NCBI GenBank assembly: GCA_013416795.1
Contig: RQSC01000010.1
Span: 211,949 to 275,948, forward strand
DNA from: Prasinococcaceae sp. CCMP 1430
Taxonomy: Eukaryota; Plantae; Prasinodermophyta
Direction of reading: 5' to 3'
DNA length: 64,000 bases
The first letter of the stretch is position 1. The number at the start of each line of letters is the position of its first letter. The notes beneath the pieces were generated by a model. That model did no database searches. It was not told the DNA's origin and saw only the letters and a list, made by a program, of their open reading frames with translations. Positions 23,329-34,496 of this stretch are shown here, piece by piece. The translations under genes and the position numbers were made by a program.

Positions 23329-24258
23329 TTAGAAATTCATTTCTGATAATTGAACCTTTTCGAATTGCTTCTTCTTTAGTACTAAGAATACTTGTGCTAA
23401 GAAAACAGAAATAAAGAAAACAATTAAACCTTGTAAACGCATTGGATTTTGTAAAACAATTTCACTTTCTGTTTGACCAAAACCACCAACATTCGGGTTC
23501 ACTGTAATTTGTTGATCAACAGAAATTACATCACCAACTTTAACTAGTAATTCAGGACCATTTGGAATTACCTGCGTTTCAATTTCACCATTTGCAGTCT
23601 CAATACTTAACGTACGACCAACTTTTTTCTCAACAGTAATATCTGTAATTTTACCAGCTAATTCTGCTGTAAATAAATTGTTATTACTCTTTGAACCATC
23701 TGGATAAATTTGTCCACGTCCACGGTTTCCACCAACATAAACAGGATACTTTAAAAAGTCAACTTGTTTGTTAGTTGCAGGATTTGGGGATAAAATTGGG
23801 AAAGAGATTTCTTGGTTACGTTTACCAGGAATTGGACCGATAACAAACATATTTGGTTGATCAGCACTATATGGTGAGAAAAATAATCCTTTTGTTTTCG
23901 CCTGTAATTCTGCTGGCATACGATCTGCTGGTGCTAATTCAAATCCTTCTGGAAAAATAACTACAGCTCCAACATTTAGACCACCTGTTTTACCATTACC
24001 TAGTACTTGCTTTACAGAAACATCGTAAGGGATTTTTACTACGGTTTCGAAAACTGTGTCAGGAAAAACCTCATGAGGAATTTCAATATCGGTAACTTTT
24101 TTTGCTAAGTGACAGTTAGCACAAACAATACGTCCTGTTGCTTCGCGTGGTGTTGCATAGTTTTGTTGTGCAAAAATTGGGTAAGCTTCACTTGGTAGTG
24201 TTGAGCCAAGAAGAAGACCCATTGCTAAAATTTGTACGCGTAAAGATTTTAAAATCAT
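23329..24258 (-). CDS. petA: Apocytochrome f
   Basis: [23 protein letters not shown] heme motif; [13 protein letters not shown]; C-terminal TM followed by [14 protein letters not shown]. Confidence 0.98.
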   Translation of the reverse strand: MILKSLRVQILAMGLLLGSTLPSEAYPIFAQQNYATPREATGRIVCANCHLAKKVTDIEIPHEVFPDTVFETVVKIPYDVSVKQVLGNGKTGGLNVGAVVIFPEGFELAPADRMPAELQAKTKGLFFSPYSADQPNMFVIGPIPGKRNQEISFPILSPNPATNKQVDFLKYPVYVGGNRGRGQIYPDGSKSNNNLFTAELAGKITDITVEKKVGRTLSIETANGEIETQVIPNGPELLVKVGDVISVDQQITVNPNVGGFGQTESEIVLQNPMRLQGLIVFFISVFLAQVFLVLKKKQFEKVQLSEMNF

Positions 24259-24369
24259 GAAAAATATTAGAAAAACTTTCGTAAAAAATTGATTGTTTAT
24301 AAAATCAACTTCATATGTAAAACTATAATTCTATTAAGTAGTATATAATAAGATTTGTATTTTGGAGCA

Positions 24370-24441
24370 AGCGGGTGACGCGATTCGAACGCGCGACATT
24401 TGACTTGGAAGGACAACGCTCTACCACTGAGCTACACCCGC
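24370..24441 (-). tRNA. trnG: tRNA-Gly(UCC)
   Basis: GCGGGTG/CACCCGC acceptor stem, loop CTTCCAA; one U-U mismatch in the anticodon stem. Confidence 0.92.
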
Positions 24442-24560
24442 ATATATATATATTTTGTATTAATATATATAATACCGAAAAATAAAAAAAAAAGCAAGTA
24501 AAAGGTTTAATTTTTTATTTTCATTAAACTTATGTTATACTTGAATTACTGAGAAATACA

Positions 24561-24634
24561 GGGCTTGTAGCTCAGTGGACTAGAGCACGTGGCTACGAAC
24601 TACGGTGTCGGGGGTTCGAATCCCTCCTTGCCCG
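24561..24634 (+). tRNA. trnR: tRNA-Arg(ACG)
   Basis: GGGCTTGTAGCTCAG...CTACGAA loop...GGTTCGAATCC; TGtTATACT promoter at 24533-24541. Confidence 0.95.
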
Positions 24635-24858
24635 CAATTATCTATATACAATATATGTATCTATTATTTTAATAAATTTGATTTAATTAACCTAAAAAGT
24701 ATAAATTATAAAAAATATTTTAATATTTAATAAAATCTAAATTATTTTTTAAATAAAGCCATAAAAAATTAAAACCATTGTATAATAATATTTAGAAACA
24801 TATATTAAGGTTTTTTCCTTAAGACTTTAATATTGAGAACAAGATAACAATTTAATAA

Positions 24859-25935
<1,077 letters not shown>

Positions 25936-25961
25936 TTCAAGATTCAAGTTTAGCAATCTAT

Positions 25962-25993
25962 TTTAGTGGTTCCCAATATTGGGAACTACTAAA
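25962..25993. terminator. Hairpin 3' of psbA
   Basis: TTTAGTGGTTCCCAA / TTGGGAACTACTAAA. Confidence 0.65.
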
Positions 25994-26039
25994 TTTAAAT
26001 TAAATAAAATTTCTTTTAACAACTTAAGAATTAAAAAAA

Positions 26040-26110
26040 AGGCGGCACCCAGATTCGAACTGGGGATAAAAGATTTGCAATCTTCTGCCTTACCACTTGG
26101 CGATACCACC
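26040..26110 (-). tRNA. trnC: tRNA-Cys(GCA)
   Basis: Reverse complement GGTGGTATCGCCAAGTGGTAAGGC...TTGCAAA loop...CCCAGTTCGAATCTGGG. Confidence 0.93.
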
Positions 26111-26178
26111 TTATATATAATTAAGTATAACAATTCTGTTAAATAAAAATCAAGAGAAAACCTTTAAATCATTAAATA

Positions 26179-26207
26179 TTGACAAATTAAGTAATACATG
26201 TTATTAT
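26179..26207 (+). promoter_or_regulatory. sigma70-type promoter for trnD-trnW
   Basis: TTGACA-17 nt-TATTAT with a TG extension. Confidence 0.7.
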
Positions 26208-26221
26208 ACTAATTATATAGA

Positions 26222-26295
26222 GGGATTGTAGTTCAACTGGTTAGAGCACCGCCCTGTCACGGCGGAAGTTGCGGGTTCAAATCCCGTCAATCTCG
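26222..26295 (+). tRNA. trnD: tRNA-Asp(GUC)
   Basis: GGGATTGTAGTTCAA...CTGTCAC loop. Confidence 0.95.
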
Positions 26296-26302
26296 TCTCT
26301 AA

Positions 26303-26375
26303 ACGCTCTTAGTTCAGTTGGTAGAACATCGGTCTCCAAAACCGAGTGTCGTGGGTTCAAGTCCTACAGAGCGTG
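26303..26375 (+). tRNA. trnW: tRNA-Trp(CCA)
   Basis: ACGCTCT/AGAGCGT acceptor stem, CTCCAAA loop. Confidence 0.95.
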
Positions 26376-26439
26376 TTTAAACCTTACTATTGACAATGTA
26401 AGGTCTATTATGATAACATTGAAACAATAAAGATCTAGA

Positions 26440-26512
26440 GCCCCCATCGTCTAGAGGCCTAGGACACCTCCCTTTCACGGAGGCGACACGAGTTCGAATC
26501 TCGTTGGGGGTA
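26440..26512 (+). tRNA. trnE: tRNA-Glu(UUC)
   Basis: GCCCCCATCGTCTAGAGGCCTAGGAC...CTTTCAC loop; TTGACA at 26390-26395 upstream. Confidence 0.95.
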
Positions 26513-26532
26513 ATTTATAAAATCATTATTAT

Positions 26533-26561
26533 TTGACTTTTTAAACATTTTAAGCTATACT
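26533..26561 (+). promoter_or_regulatory. sigma70-type promoter for psaC
   Basis: TTGACT-17 nt-TATACT. Confidence 0.65.
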
Positions 26562-26634
26562 ATATAAAAGCTAATAAGAAAATATAAATCCCTAGCATAC
26601 AAATCTTGTAATTTCGTATGTTCACATAATATAA

Positions 26635-26889
<255 letters not shown>

Positions 26890-26894
26890 ATTTC

Positions 26895-26932
26895 TATTTG
26901 TTAAGATAATTCAAAAATTATCTTAACAAATA
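26895..26932. terminator. Hairpin 3' of psaC
   Basis: 17-bp arms TATTTGTTAAGATAATT / AATTATCTTAACAAATA. Confidence 0.65.
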
Positions 26933-26940
26933 TAGCTTTA

Positions 26941-27026
26941 GGAAAGGTGGCAGAGTTGGTCGATTGCACTGGTCTTGAAAACCAGCATAGTTAATCCTAT
27001 CGAGGGTTCGAATCCCTCCCTTTCCG
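26941..27026 (+). tRNA. trnS: tRNA-Ser(UGA)
   Basis: GGAAAGG/CCTTTCC acceptor stem, CTTGAAA loop, long variable arm. Confidence 0.95.
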
Positions 27027-27070
27027 TATAAAAACAAATAATCTTATTTACTTTATCACTCTTTATTTTT

Positions 27071-29647
27071 ATGAAATTCTATAAAACACGATCAAAAACA
27101 ATAGTAGAATCTATTTTTAAACAGTTTCAAACTCAAAGCAGAAAATTATATTATAAACAACGAACAAATTTACCAATAAAAAAATTTGCAAAACCAATTA
27201 AAAAAACGTTGATGCGTCCAACCAATTATGCATATTTTTTTTTATATTTTTCAATTATTAGTTATCTTAGTTTACAAGGTTTAACAAAAGCAACATCGTT
27301 AATTCCAGGAATTAATCAACCAAGTTTAGTCTATCAATTAAAAGCCTTACGCAAATTACGAAAACAAAAACGAATCTTTCATAAAAAAAAATGGATTTAT
27401 GGGGCTCCATTACATAATCAAAATATTTTAATTGAACGAGATAAAACGAAATCTTGGGGATTACCAAAAAATTATAGAAAAAATGTTGATACTCTTAAAA
27501 ACAAATATGTTTTAATACCAACCCAAAACTCAAAGATTGAAAATTTTGTACGTTATTCTTTAACTTCAGGACAACGAACAACTGTTACACAGTTAGTAAC
27601 TGTTAGAGGAAATGATCGTTTTTTTGGAAAAGAAAATATTTCAATTATTTACCCACCATTACATCCACGTATTTTACGTTTATATTTGAAAGATAAAACA
27701 ACAAGTTTACAACAAGATAAACAAATTTTACAAAATATTCATGCTTCGTGGTATGAAAAAGTATTTGAAACAATTTTTTTTAAAGATACTTTCGGGCGTT
27801 TAAGTTTTTTAATGATCTTAAACTTGTGGACTTTACTATGTTTTTGTATTTTTATTCAACAAATTATTGAAGGATTTTGTTTTACATTAGTAAATGATGG
27901 AGATCAAAAACCCTTAATTGATGATGATCCATTTAGTGATTATATTTTACCCTCTAATTTAATTCTTCCAGAAAATAATACAAAAAATTTTTTTAATGGT
28001 GTTCCAACTGGAGTGGCAACTAATGAATTAAAACCATTAATTCAAAAATTACAAGCTCAGCCTCGAAATATTTTCGTTAAAGTTTTTCAACAACGAACTG
28101 ATAATATCACAGTTGCTAAAGGTATTATTTTTGTTGGAGGATTTGAAAAGGGCGGGTCTCACTTCGCTCAAGCTTTAGCCGGAGAGGCAAAAATCCCATT
28201 TATTCGTATCCCAGCTAGTCAATTTTTACTATCAAATATTCAAGAAGGTTTATTACTAATGCGTATTATTTTTTATTACGCGAAAACAATGTCCCCAGCC
28301 ATGTTACATATCGATGATATTGATATTTTTTGTGGTTTACGAAGTTCTTTGGATCTAACATCAAAAACAAAAAAATCTTCTCTTTTTTCACTTGACTATA
28401 CATCTAAATCGGACGACGCTAAAACGTCTAAGAGTTTATCAAAAAGTAATTTTACTAAAGCTTTTCAAGCCTTTAAAAAACAACAGGAAAAATCCTATAA
28501 ACATTTTATTTCCTTTTCATTAGAAAATAATTTTCCAGTAGTAGAAACTGAAAAAATAGTAGACTCAAAATTTGACTTTGAACATAATTCAAATGACCCG
28601 TCACAGACTAAACAAAGTTTAAGTGAAGATGACTTAACTACTCTATTAAACCAACTCTTAATTGAATTAGATGGAGCTATTCCAACACAAGCTTCATTAA
28701 TTACTACAGCAACAGCAGAAAAAATTACAACCCTTGAACCTGCATTAATTCGCCCTGGTCGTTTATCAACACATATTGAATTTGATTATTTATATAATTT
28801 AGATAGAGAAAAAATTATTAAATCTTTACTATTTAAACATAAAACAAAAACAACCATTCCATGGTATTTATTTGCTAGTCAATTAAAAGATTTTCAATAT
28901 ATATCAATTAAACAAATTGTTGAAAATGCCATTTATTATTCACAAGTTTTTTCGAAAACCCCAAATTTAATTGAATTAAATAGTCTTCTTTTTGCGAAAC
29001 AAAAATTTTTATTAATCCAAGAATTACAATTAAAAGAATTAAAAAATACTACACGTTTTAATTTAAAAAGTAAATTTATTGAAGATGTAACAACAGAATT
29101 TGTACAAAAAAATAAAGAAGTTAATTTAGAAACTTTACCTACATTTATTAATACAGATATGTCTTTGATTCCTTATTTATATCAAAATTTTGATGAAAAT
29201 AAAGTAAATGCACCTCAGACAACATATCAAGTTTTAAATAAATTACATGGTTTATTTTTATTATATATTAGTGAGAATCTATGGAATCAGCAACAAGTTA
29301 CAGAAAATACGAATCAATATCAATCAGTGTTATATCTATTGACACGAAATTTAATTCAAGATAATGTAACTATTTCTGATTCAAAAACATTTCATTATTT
29401 ATCAGCGTTCCTTCAGTTTAATCGATCAACTGAAATAAATCATGTTGATAAATTTACTGACTTAAAAACATTAAATTTAATTGATGTATTTGGAAATATG
29501 CAGTTTATTTCTCAATGGAAACAAACAAATGAACTGGATCCAAGTGATATTGAAGATTTAGAGTTATTAATTATTGCAATGCGTTATTTAATGATTGAGT
29601 ATCATGCATATTTATCATATGGGTTATATAAACAATTAGCTAAATAA
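27071..29647 (+). CDS. ftsH: Plastid FtsH/Ycf2-like AAA protein with degenerate Walker motifs
   Basis: Two predicted TM segments, then KGIIFVG...AQALAGEAKIPF, a Walker-B-like LHIDDID, LLNQLLIELDG and ALIRPGRL (SRH). No HExxH protease motif. Confidence 0.85.
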   Translation: MKFYKTRSKTIVESIFKQFQTQSRKLYYKQRTNLPIKKFAKPIKKTLMRPTNYAYFFLYFSIISYLSLQGLTKATSLIPGINQPSLVYQLKALRKLRKQKRIFHKKKWIYGAPLHNQNILIERDKTKSWGLPKNYRKNVDTLKNKYVLIPTQNSKIENFVRYSLTSGQRTTVTQLVTVRGNDRFFGKENISIIYPPLHPRILRLYLKDKTTSLQQDKQILQNIHASWYEKVFETIFFKDTFGRLSFLMILNLWTLLCFCIFIQQIIEGFCFTLVNDGDQKPLIDDDPFSDYILPSNLILPENNTKNFFNGVPTGVATNELKPLIQKLQAQPRNIFVKVFQQRTDNITVAKGIIFVGGFEKGGSHFAQALAGEAKIPFIRIPASQFLLSNIQEGLLLMRIIFYYAKTMSPAMLHIDDIDIFCGLRSSLDLTSKTKKSSLFSLDYTSKSDDAKTSKSLSKSNFTKAFQAFKKQQEKSYKHFISFSLENNFPVVETEKIVDSKFDFEHNSNDPSQTKQSLSEDDLTTLLNQLLIELDGAIPTQASLITTATAEKITTLEPALIRPGRLSTHIEFDYLYNLDREKIIKSLLFKHKTKTTIPWYLFASQLKDFQYISIKQIVENAIYYSQVFSKTPNLIELNSLLFAKQKFLLIQELQLKELKNTTRFNLKSKFIEDVTTEFVQKNKEVNLETLPTFINTDMSLIPYLYQNFDENKVNAPQTTYQVLNKLHGLFLLYISENLWNQQQVTENTNQYQSVLYLLTRNLIQDNVTISDSKTFHYLSAFLQFNRSTEINHVDKFTDLKTLNLIDVFGNMQFISQWKQTNELDPSDIEDLELLIIAMRYLMIEYHAYLSYGLYKQLAK

Positions 29648-29666
29648 TCTGGTATATATGTCTTAG

Positions 29667-29722
29667 TTTATTAAAAAAGTTTTTACGAAATAAAAAGATT
29701 TCGTAAAAACTTTTTTAATAAA
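29667..29722. terminator. Bidirectional hairpin between convergent ftsH and minD
   Basis: 25-bp perfect arms with a 6-nt loop. Confidence 0.75.
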
Positions 29723-29737
29723 TAAAATACCATAATT

Positions 29738-30553
29738 TTATTTGTTCATTAATAAATTTTTGGCAAATTGAAATGGAGATTTATATGGAGTCTCTAAATT
29801 AATTAAAGCTTCATCCATACCTAATAAACGCTGTGCTGCGTTTTCCATAGCTAAACCAGACAGCGTTAAGCGTTTACGACTAACTAACGGCTTTCCTCGG
29901 TTAGTTGCAACAATAACTTGATTATCTTCTGGAATAACTCCTAATAAAGGAATACCTAATAAATCTTGAACATCATTAATTGCAAGCATATTATTACCTT
30001 TAATCATATCTGTACGAACACGATTAATAATTAATTTATTATCGAATAAATTATTCGCTTCTAATAAACCAATCACACGGTCAGCATCACGAATAGCAGT
30101 AATTTCGGGAGTTGTAATTAAAATTGCTTCACTCGCGGGTGAAATAGCATTTAGAAATCCAATATCAATTCCTGCGGGACAATCAATCAAAATAAAATTA
30201 TAATCACGTTCTTGTAATGAATCAACAAGCATCGTCATACTTGAACGACTAATATTATAACGTTGACGGGTTTTTGAGATGGCTAACAATGATAAATTTG
30301 ACCATGTTTTATCTTTTACTAAGGCCTGTTCTAAAGTACAATTTTCATTAAAAACATCCATTGCAGTAAAAACAATACGTTTTTCCAAACCTAATAATAA
30401 ATCGAGATTACGTAAACCAATATCCGCATCTAATAAAACTACACGTTGTCCTAGTCGAGCAAGGGACATTCCAATATTTGCAGTTAAAGTTGTTTTACCT
30501 ACACCACCTTTTCCAGATGTAACAACAATAACTCGAGTTTTTTGTTCTTTCAT
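29738..30553 (-). CDS. minD: Septum site-determining ATPase MinD
   Basis: TSGKGGVGKTT, DADIGLRNLDLLLGLE, IDCPAGI, PEITAIRDADRV; C-terminal amphipathic helix PFQFAKNLL. Confidence 0.97.
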   Translation of the reverse strand: MKEQKTRVIVVTSGKGGVGKTTLTANIGMSLARLGQRVVLLDADIGLRNLDLLLGLEKRIVFTAMDVFNENCTLEQALVKDKTWSNLSLLAISKTRQRYNISRSSMTMLVDSLQERDYNFILIDCPAGIDIGFLNAISPASEAILITTPEITAIRDADRVIGLLEANNLFDNKLIINRVRTDMIKGNNMLAINDVQDLLGIPLLGVIPEDNQVIVATNRGKPLVSRKRLTLSGLAMENAAQRLLGMDEALINLETPYKSPFQFAKNLLMNK

Positions 30554-30567
30554 AAACTATATTAAAT

Positions 30568-31734
30568 TTAAATAGAGATAACTTTTTTTTCTTTTTGGGG
30601 TAACACGGGTCGGCTATTTTCATAAAATAACCTTACACTTAAACTAAAGAGACAAATACAAGCTAATTGAGCATTTCCACCATAACTAACGAAAGGTAAA
30701 GGAATGCCGGTAATTGGTAATAAATTGCATGTTACACCTAAATGTATACATGTTTGAAGAATTAAAAAAAGGAAACAACCAAGTGTAATTATTACATCAG
30801 GTTTTTTTATTAATTTTATGAAATTTGATAGATAAAAACTAGTATAAACTGATAAAAAAAGAAAAAAAAACATACTACCAAATATTCCAAAATTTTCTAA
30901 AAAAACAGAAAAAATAAAATCCGCATAATAAACAGGTAATGATTCAAAGGTTGTTTGTCCACAACCGATCCCTAAGCCAAAAAACCCACCTCGAATAATG
31001 GTTTCAAAACTTTGATTAAGTTGTGTTATATTCATATTAGTTGATTCACTACCTAACGTTTGAATAAATGAAATAATCCGATTAAGTTGATACGGATGCA
31101 AAAAGATATTGAATAAAATAAAACTTAAACAAAATCCTATACCTAATATTAAATGTTTATACGAAAGTTGTTGTAAAAAAATAATAATAAATAAAATACT
31201 GAGATATAATAAGCCTGATGCAAAATCAGGTTGTAAAAAAATCCCTAAAAATGTACCAAGGGTAATTAAACCTAAAAAAACGAATTCTTTATACTTTAAT
31301 TCTGTCGTTTTTGTTAAAAGTTGACTTAAACATAAAAGGAAAAATGGTTTTTCAATTTCAACGGGCTGGTATAAAAGTGGTCCTATTTCAACCCAACGAC
31401 GGGCACCATTAATAGAAAAATTTGTTAGTAGTGTATAATTAATGGCTAATAAATTTATAGTTGTTCCTATTTTCCCAATTAAAAAAAAATATCTTTTTTT
31501 CATTTTGAACAATGCTATAATAATTACAAAACTTAAGATCGTCCAACAAAATTGTTTTTTTATAAAAAATAAACTATTTTTATAAATTACAGCGGATGGA
31601 AAACCAGTTGTACTATAAAGGATAAATAAACCAAAAGTAATCCAAAAAAGATAAATCCAAATTAACCAATACAGTGAAACTGAAGTGGATTGAAGGACTA
31701 ATTGATAATGTAGTAATTGTTTTTGTATTTTCAA
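30568..31734 (-). CDS. ftsW: SEDS-family peptidoglycan glycosyltransferase FtsW
   Basis: Multi-TM protein with NGARRW...QPVE..K, QPDF, PYQ..RI, QS...I.RGG..G.G.G, LP...ADFIF and LLP.TG.PLPFVSYGG. The called start is TTG and is uncertain. Confidence 0.93.
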   Translation of the reverse strand: MKIQKQLLHYQLVLQSTSVSLYWLIWIYLFWITFGLFILYSTTGFPSAVIYKNSLFFIKKQFCWTILSFVIIIALFKMKKRYFFLIGKIGTTINLLAINYTLLTNFSINGARRWVEIGPLLYQPVEIEKPFFLLCLSQLLTKTTELKYKEFVFLGLITLGTFLGIFLQPDFASGLLYLSILFIIIFLQQLSYKHLILGIGFCLSFILFNIFLHPYQLNRIISFIQTLGSESTNMNITQLNQSFETIIRGGFFGLGIGCGQTTFESLPVYYADFIFSVFLENFGIFGSMFFFLFLSVYTSFYLSNFIKLIKKPDVIITLGCFLFLILQTCIHLGVTCNLLPITGIPLPFVSYGGNAQLACICLFSLSVRLFYENSRPVLPQKEKKVISI

Positions 31735-32040
31735 GGTTGAGACATTTATATATCTTTAGTAATTTTAAGTTAATGTTTGGTGCTTTCGGCACTATTATAT
31801 ACCTATATAATATACTTTATTTGGAAATAATTTTGTTAAGGAAAGTTTAGTTTTTTAAAAATTAAAGAAGATTATTCTATTATATGATACTATATGGTAT
31901 AATATACAAAGAATATAACGAATAGGTTAAAATTCTCCCTCACTGGGATTTCTTTTTACTTAAAATATTTATTAAAATATGACAAGTAACATTTTTTGTT
32001 AAAGAAAATTAACAAAAAAATTTTTATTCGGAGAAAATTT

Positions 32041-32229
32041 ATGCTTCTAATTTTTCAACTAGCAACATTTGCACTAATTTTTGTTTCTTTTGGTTTAGTA
32101 GTTGGAGTTCCTGTATCATTAGCTTTACCAGACGGTTGGTCATCAGCTAAAGGTACAGTATACTCTGGCCTTGGTTTATGGTTTGCTCTAGTATTCCTTG
32201 TTGGAATTTTAAACTCTTTTGTTATTTAA
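32041..32229 (+). CDS. psbZ: Photosystem II protein Z
   Basis: [25 protein letters not shown]...GILNSFVI; start reassigned to ATG 32041 behind GGAG. Confidence 0.96.
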   Translation: MLLIFQLATFALIFVSFGLVVGVPVSLALPDGWSSAKGTVYSGLGLWFALVFLVGILNSFVI

Positions 32230-32252
32230 TTTCTTTAATTTAAATAGCGCGC

Positions 32253-32292
32253 TTAAGAATATGTGATTTGTATACAAATCACATATTCTTAA
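32253..32292. repeat. Perfect 40-bp palindrome between convergent psbZ and trnV (probable terminator)
   Basis: TTAAGAATATGTGATTTGTA|TACAAATCACATATTCTTAA. Confidence 0.85.
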
Positions 32293-32315
32293 CATTTAAT
32301 AAATTTCTATAAAAT

Positions 32316-32388
32316 TGGGGATAAACGGGCTCGAACCGCTGACATTCTGCTTGTAAGGCAGACGCTCTACCAACTGAGCTATATCCCC
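32316..32388 (-). tRNA. trnV: tRNA-Val(UAC)
   Basis: GGGGATA/TATCCCC acceptor stem, CTTACAA loop, no intron. Confidence 0.94.
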
Positions 32389-32680
32389 TTCTGTAGTCTA
32401 ATTGTAACATAAAAATTTTAAAATAACAAATTTTAAAAAATTTTTATACATGATAAACCTTTAAACAAACTCTTTGTTTTTTTTTTAATTTTCAGTATAC
32501 TATCTCTATAAGGGGGAGATAATATAAAAAATAGTTTTCTAAAAATTATTTTAATCTAGATCCTAGATTACTCGCTCTAGATACAGATATTTTACTTAAA
32601 TGTTGTACCGGTACAACAAGATAATATCTATAAATAACATTATAATATATATAGAATTATAATAGGCAAGGAGAGAATTT

Positions 32681-33430
32681 ATGGTCTTTGAATTATCGAC
32701 ATATTTTAATGATATGCCTAGTGTGATGGACTTAGCTGCGGTTGAAGTCGGAAAGCACTGGTATTGGTCAGTTGGAGATTTCCAATTACATGGTCAAGTT
32801 CTAGTTGTATCATGGTTTGTAATTAGTTTAATTACAATCGTTATTGCACTAGGTACTAGTGATTTAAAATTATTACCAGAAAAATATTTACAAAACTTAG
32901 TTGAATATCTTTTTGAATATATTCGAGATATTGCTAAAACACAAATTGGTGAAGAAGAGTATCAAACATGGATTCCATTCATTGGTACTTTATTTGTCTT
33001 TATTTTTGGTTGTAACTGGACAGGAGCTTTAATTCCATGGGGAATTATTGAGATCCCAAGTGGTGAATTAGCTGCACCAACAAATGATATTAATACAACA
33101 GCTGCATTAGCTTTATTAACATCAATTGCATATTTTACAGCTGGTTTACGTAAAAAAGGATTTGGATATTTCCAAAAATATGTAGAACCAACACCAATTT
33201 TATTACCAATTAACGTTCTGGAAGATTTTACGAAACCATTATCGTTAAGTTTCCGTTTATTTGGTAACATTCTAGCAGATGAACTAGTTGTTGGGGTATT
33301 ATTATCATTAGTCCCACTAGTAATTCCAATTCCAATTATGCTACTAGGTTTATTTACAAGTGCAATTCAGGCTCTTGTATTTGCAACACTGGCTGGAGCT
33401 TATATTGGTGAAGCATTAGAAGGGCATTAA
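32681..33430 (+). CDS. atpI: ATP synthase CF0 subunit IV (a)
   Basis: [41 protein letters not shown]. Confidence 0.98.
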   Translation: MVFELSTYFNDMPSVMDLAAVEVGKHWYWSVGDFQLHGQVLVVSWFVISLITIVIALGTSDLKLLPEKYLQNLVEYLFEYIRDIAKTQIGEEEYQTWIPFIGTLFVFIFGCNWTGALIPWGIIEIPSGELAAPTNDINTTAALALLTSIAYFTAGLRKKGFGYFQKYVEPTPILLPINVLEDFTKPLSLSFRLFGNILADELVVGVLLSLVPLVIPIPIMLLGLFTSAIQALVFATLAGAYIGEALEGH

Positions 33431-33532
33431 ATCTCCAAATTTTTTTTTTAGAGAATTTTATTTAAGAAGATGGAATATTTTATAGTGGTTATTGATTATA
33501 AAATGATAACCGATATTGCAGGATGATTGTAA

Positions 33533-33793
<261 letters not shown>

Positions 33794-33820
33794 TAACTTT
33801 TAAAAATTTGTTATTATTTT

Positions 33821-33856
33821 AGTATAAGAATAAAGATTTTTCTTTATTCTTATACT
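33821..33856. terminator. Hairpin 3' of atpH
   Basis: 16-bp perfect arms AGTATAAGAATAAAGA / TCTTTATTCTTATACT. Confidence 0.65.
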
Positions 33857-33886
33857 ATTACCTTTTATAGCTTTCACAAAACATTT

Positions 33887-34420
33887 ATGTATTCTGATTT
33901 ATTAACACTAGCCAACATTGACCTTGGTAATGGTTTTGGGATTAATACAAATATCCTAGAAACAAACATTATTAACCTTAGTGTTGTTATTACTATCGTT
34001 ATTTACGCAGTAGGCGGTGCTTTAACAGGTTTACTTGAAAATCGAAAGCGTCTTATTGTTGAATCTTTTAATAAAGCAGACCTTGAATATCAAAATATTC
34101 AAGAATCTTTAACACAAGCTGAAGAATTTTATAAACAAGCTGAAGAAAAAGCTTCGGAAATTAAAATTCAAGGAAAAGAAAAAATTCAACAATTAAAAAC
34201 GTTTTTAATTGATCAAGCAAAAGAAGATAAAGCTCGTTTAGAAGCAACTAAAGAAAGTACACTTAAAGTAGAACAAGAACGAGTATACACTAGTATTCGT
34301 GCGAGTATCAGTGCACGTGCTATTCAAGGTGCTTTAACTCAATTAGAAACTACTTTAGATAAAGATACACAACTTCGTGTACTTGATAAAACAATTCCAA
34401 ACCTAACTGCTTTAAAATAA
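33887..34420 (+). CDS. atpF: ATP synthase CF0 subunit I (b)
   Basis: FGINTNILETNIINL followed by a TM and coiled coil; position between atpH and atpA; no intron. Confidence 0.95.
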   Translation: MYSDLLTLANIDLGNGFGINTNILETNIINLSVVITIVIYAVGGALTGLLENRKRLIVESFNKADLEYQNIQESLTQAEEFYKQAEEKASEIKIQGKEKIQQLKTFLIDQAKEDKARLEATKESTLKVEQERVYTSIRASISARAIQGALTQLETTLDKDTQLRVLDKTIPNLTALK

Positions 34421-34496
34421 AGAGTTATTTTTAACAAACAATTTTTATTGTATAGATGATTTATAAGGAATATTTTCTAAAAGACAAAATTTAATT

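Noticed and set aside
32316-32388. trnV(UAC) resembles trnA(UGC), suggesting anticodon-shift recruitment
   Set aside because: These two tRNAs are naturally similar in cyanobacteria and plastids, and trnV lacks the G3:U70 alanine determinant.
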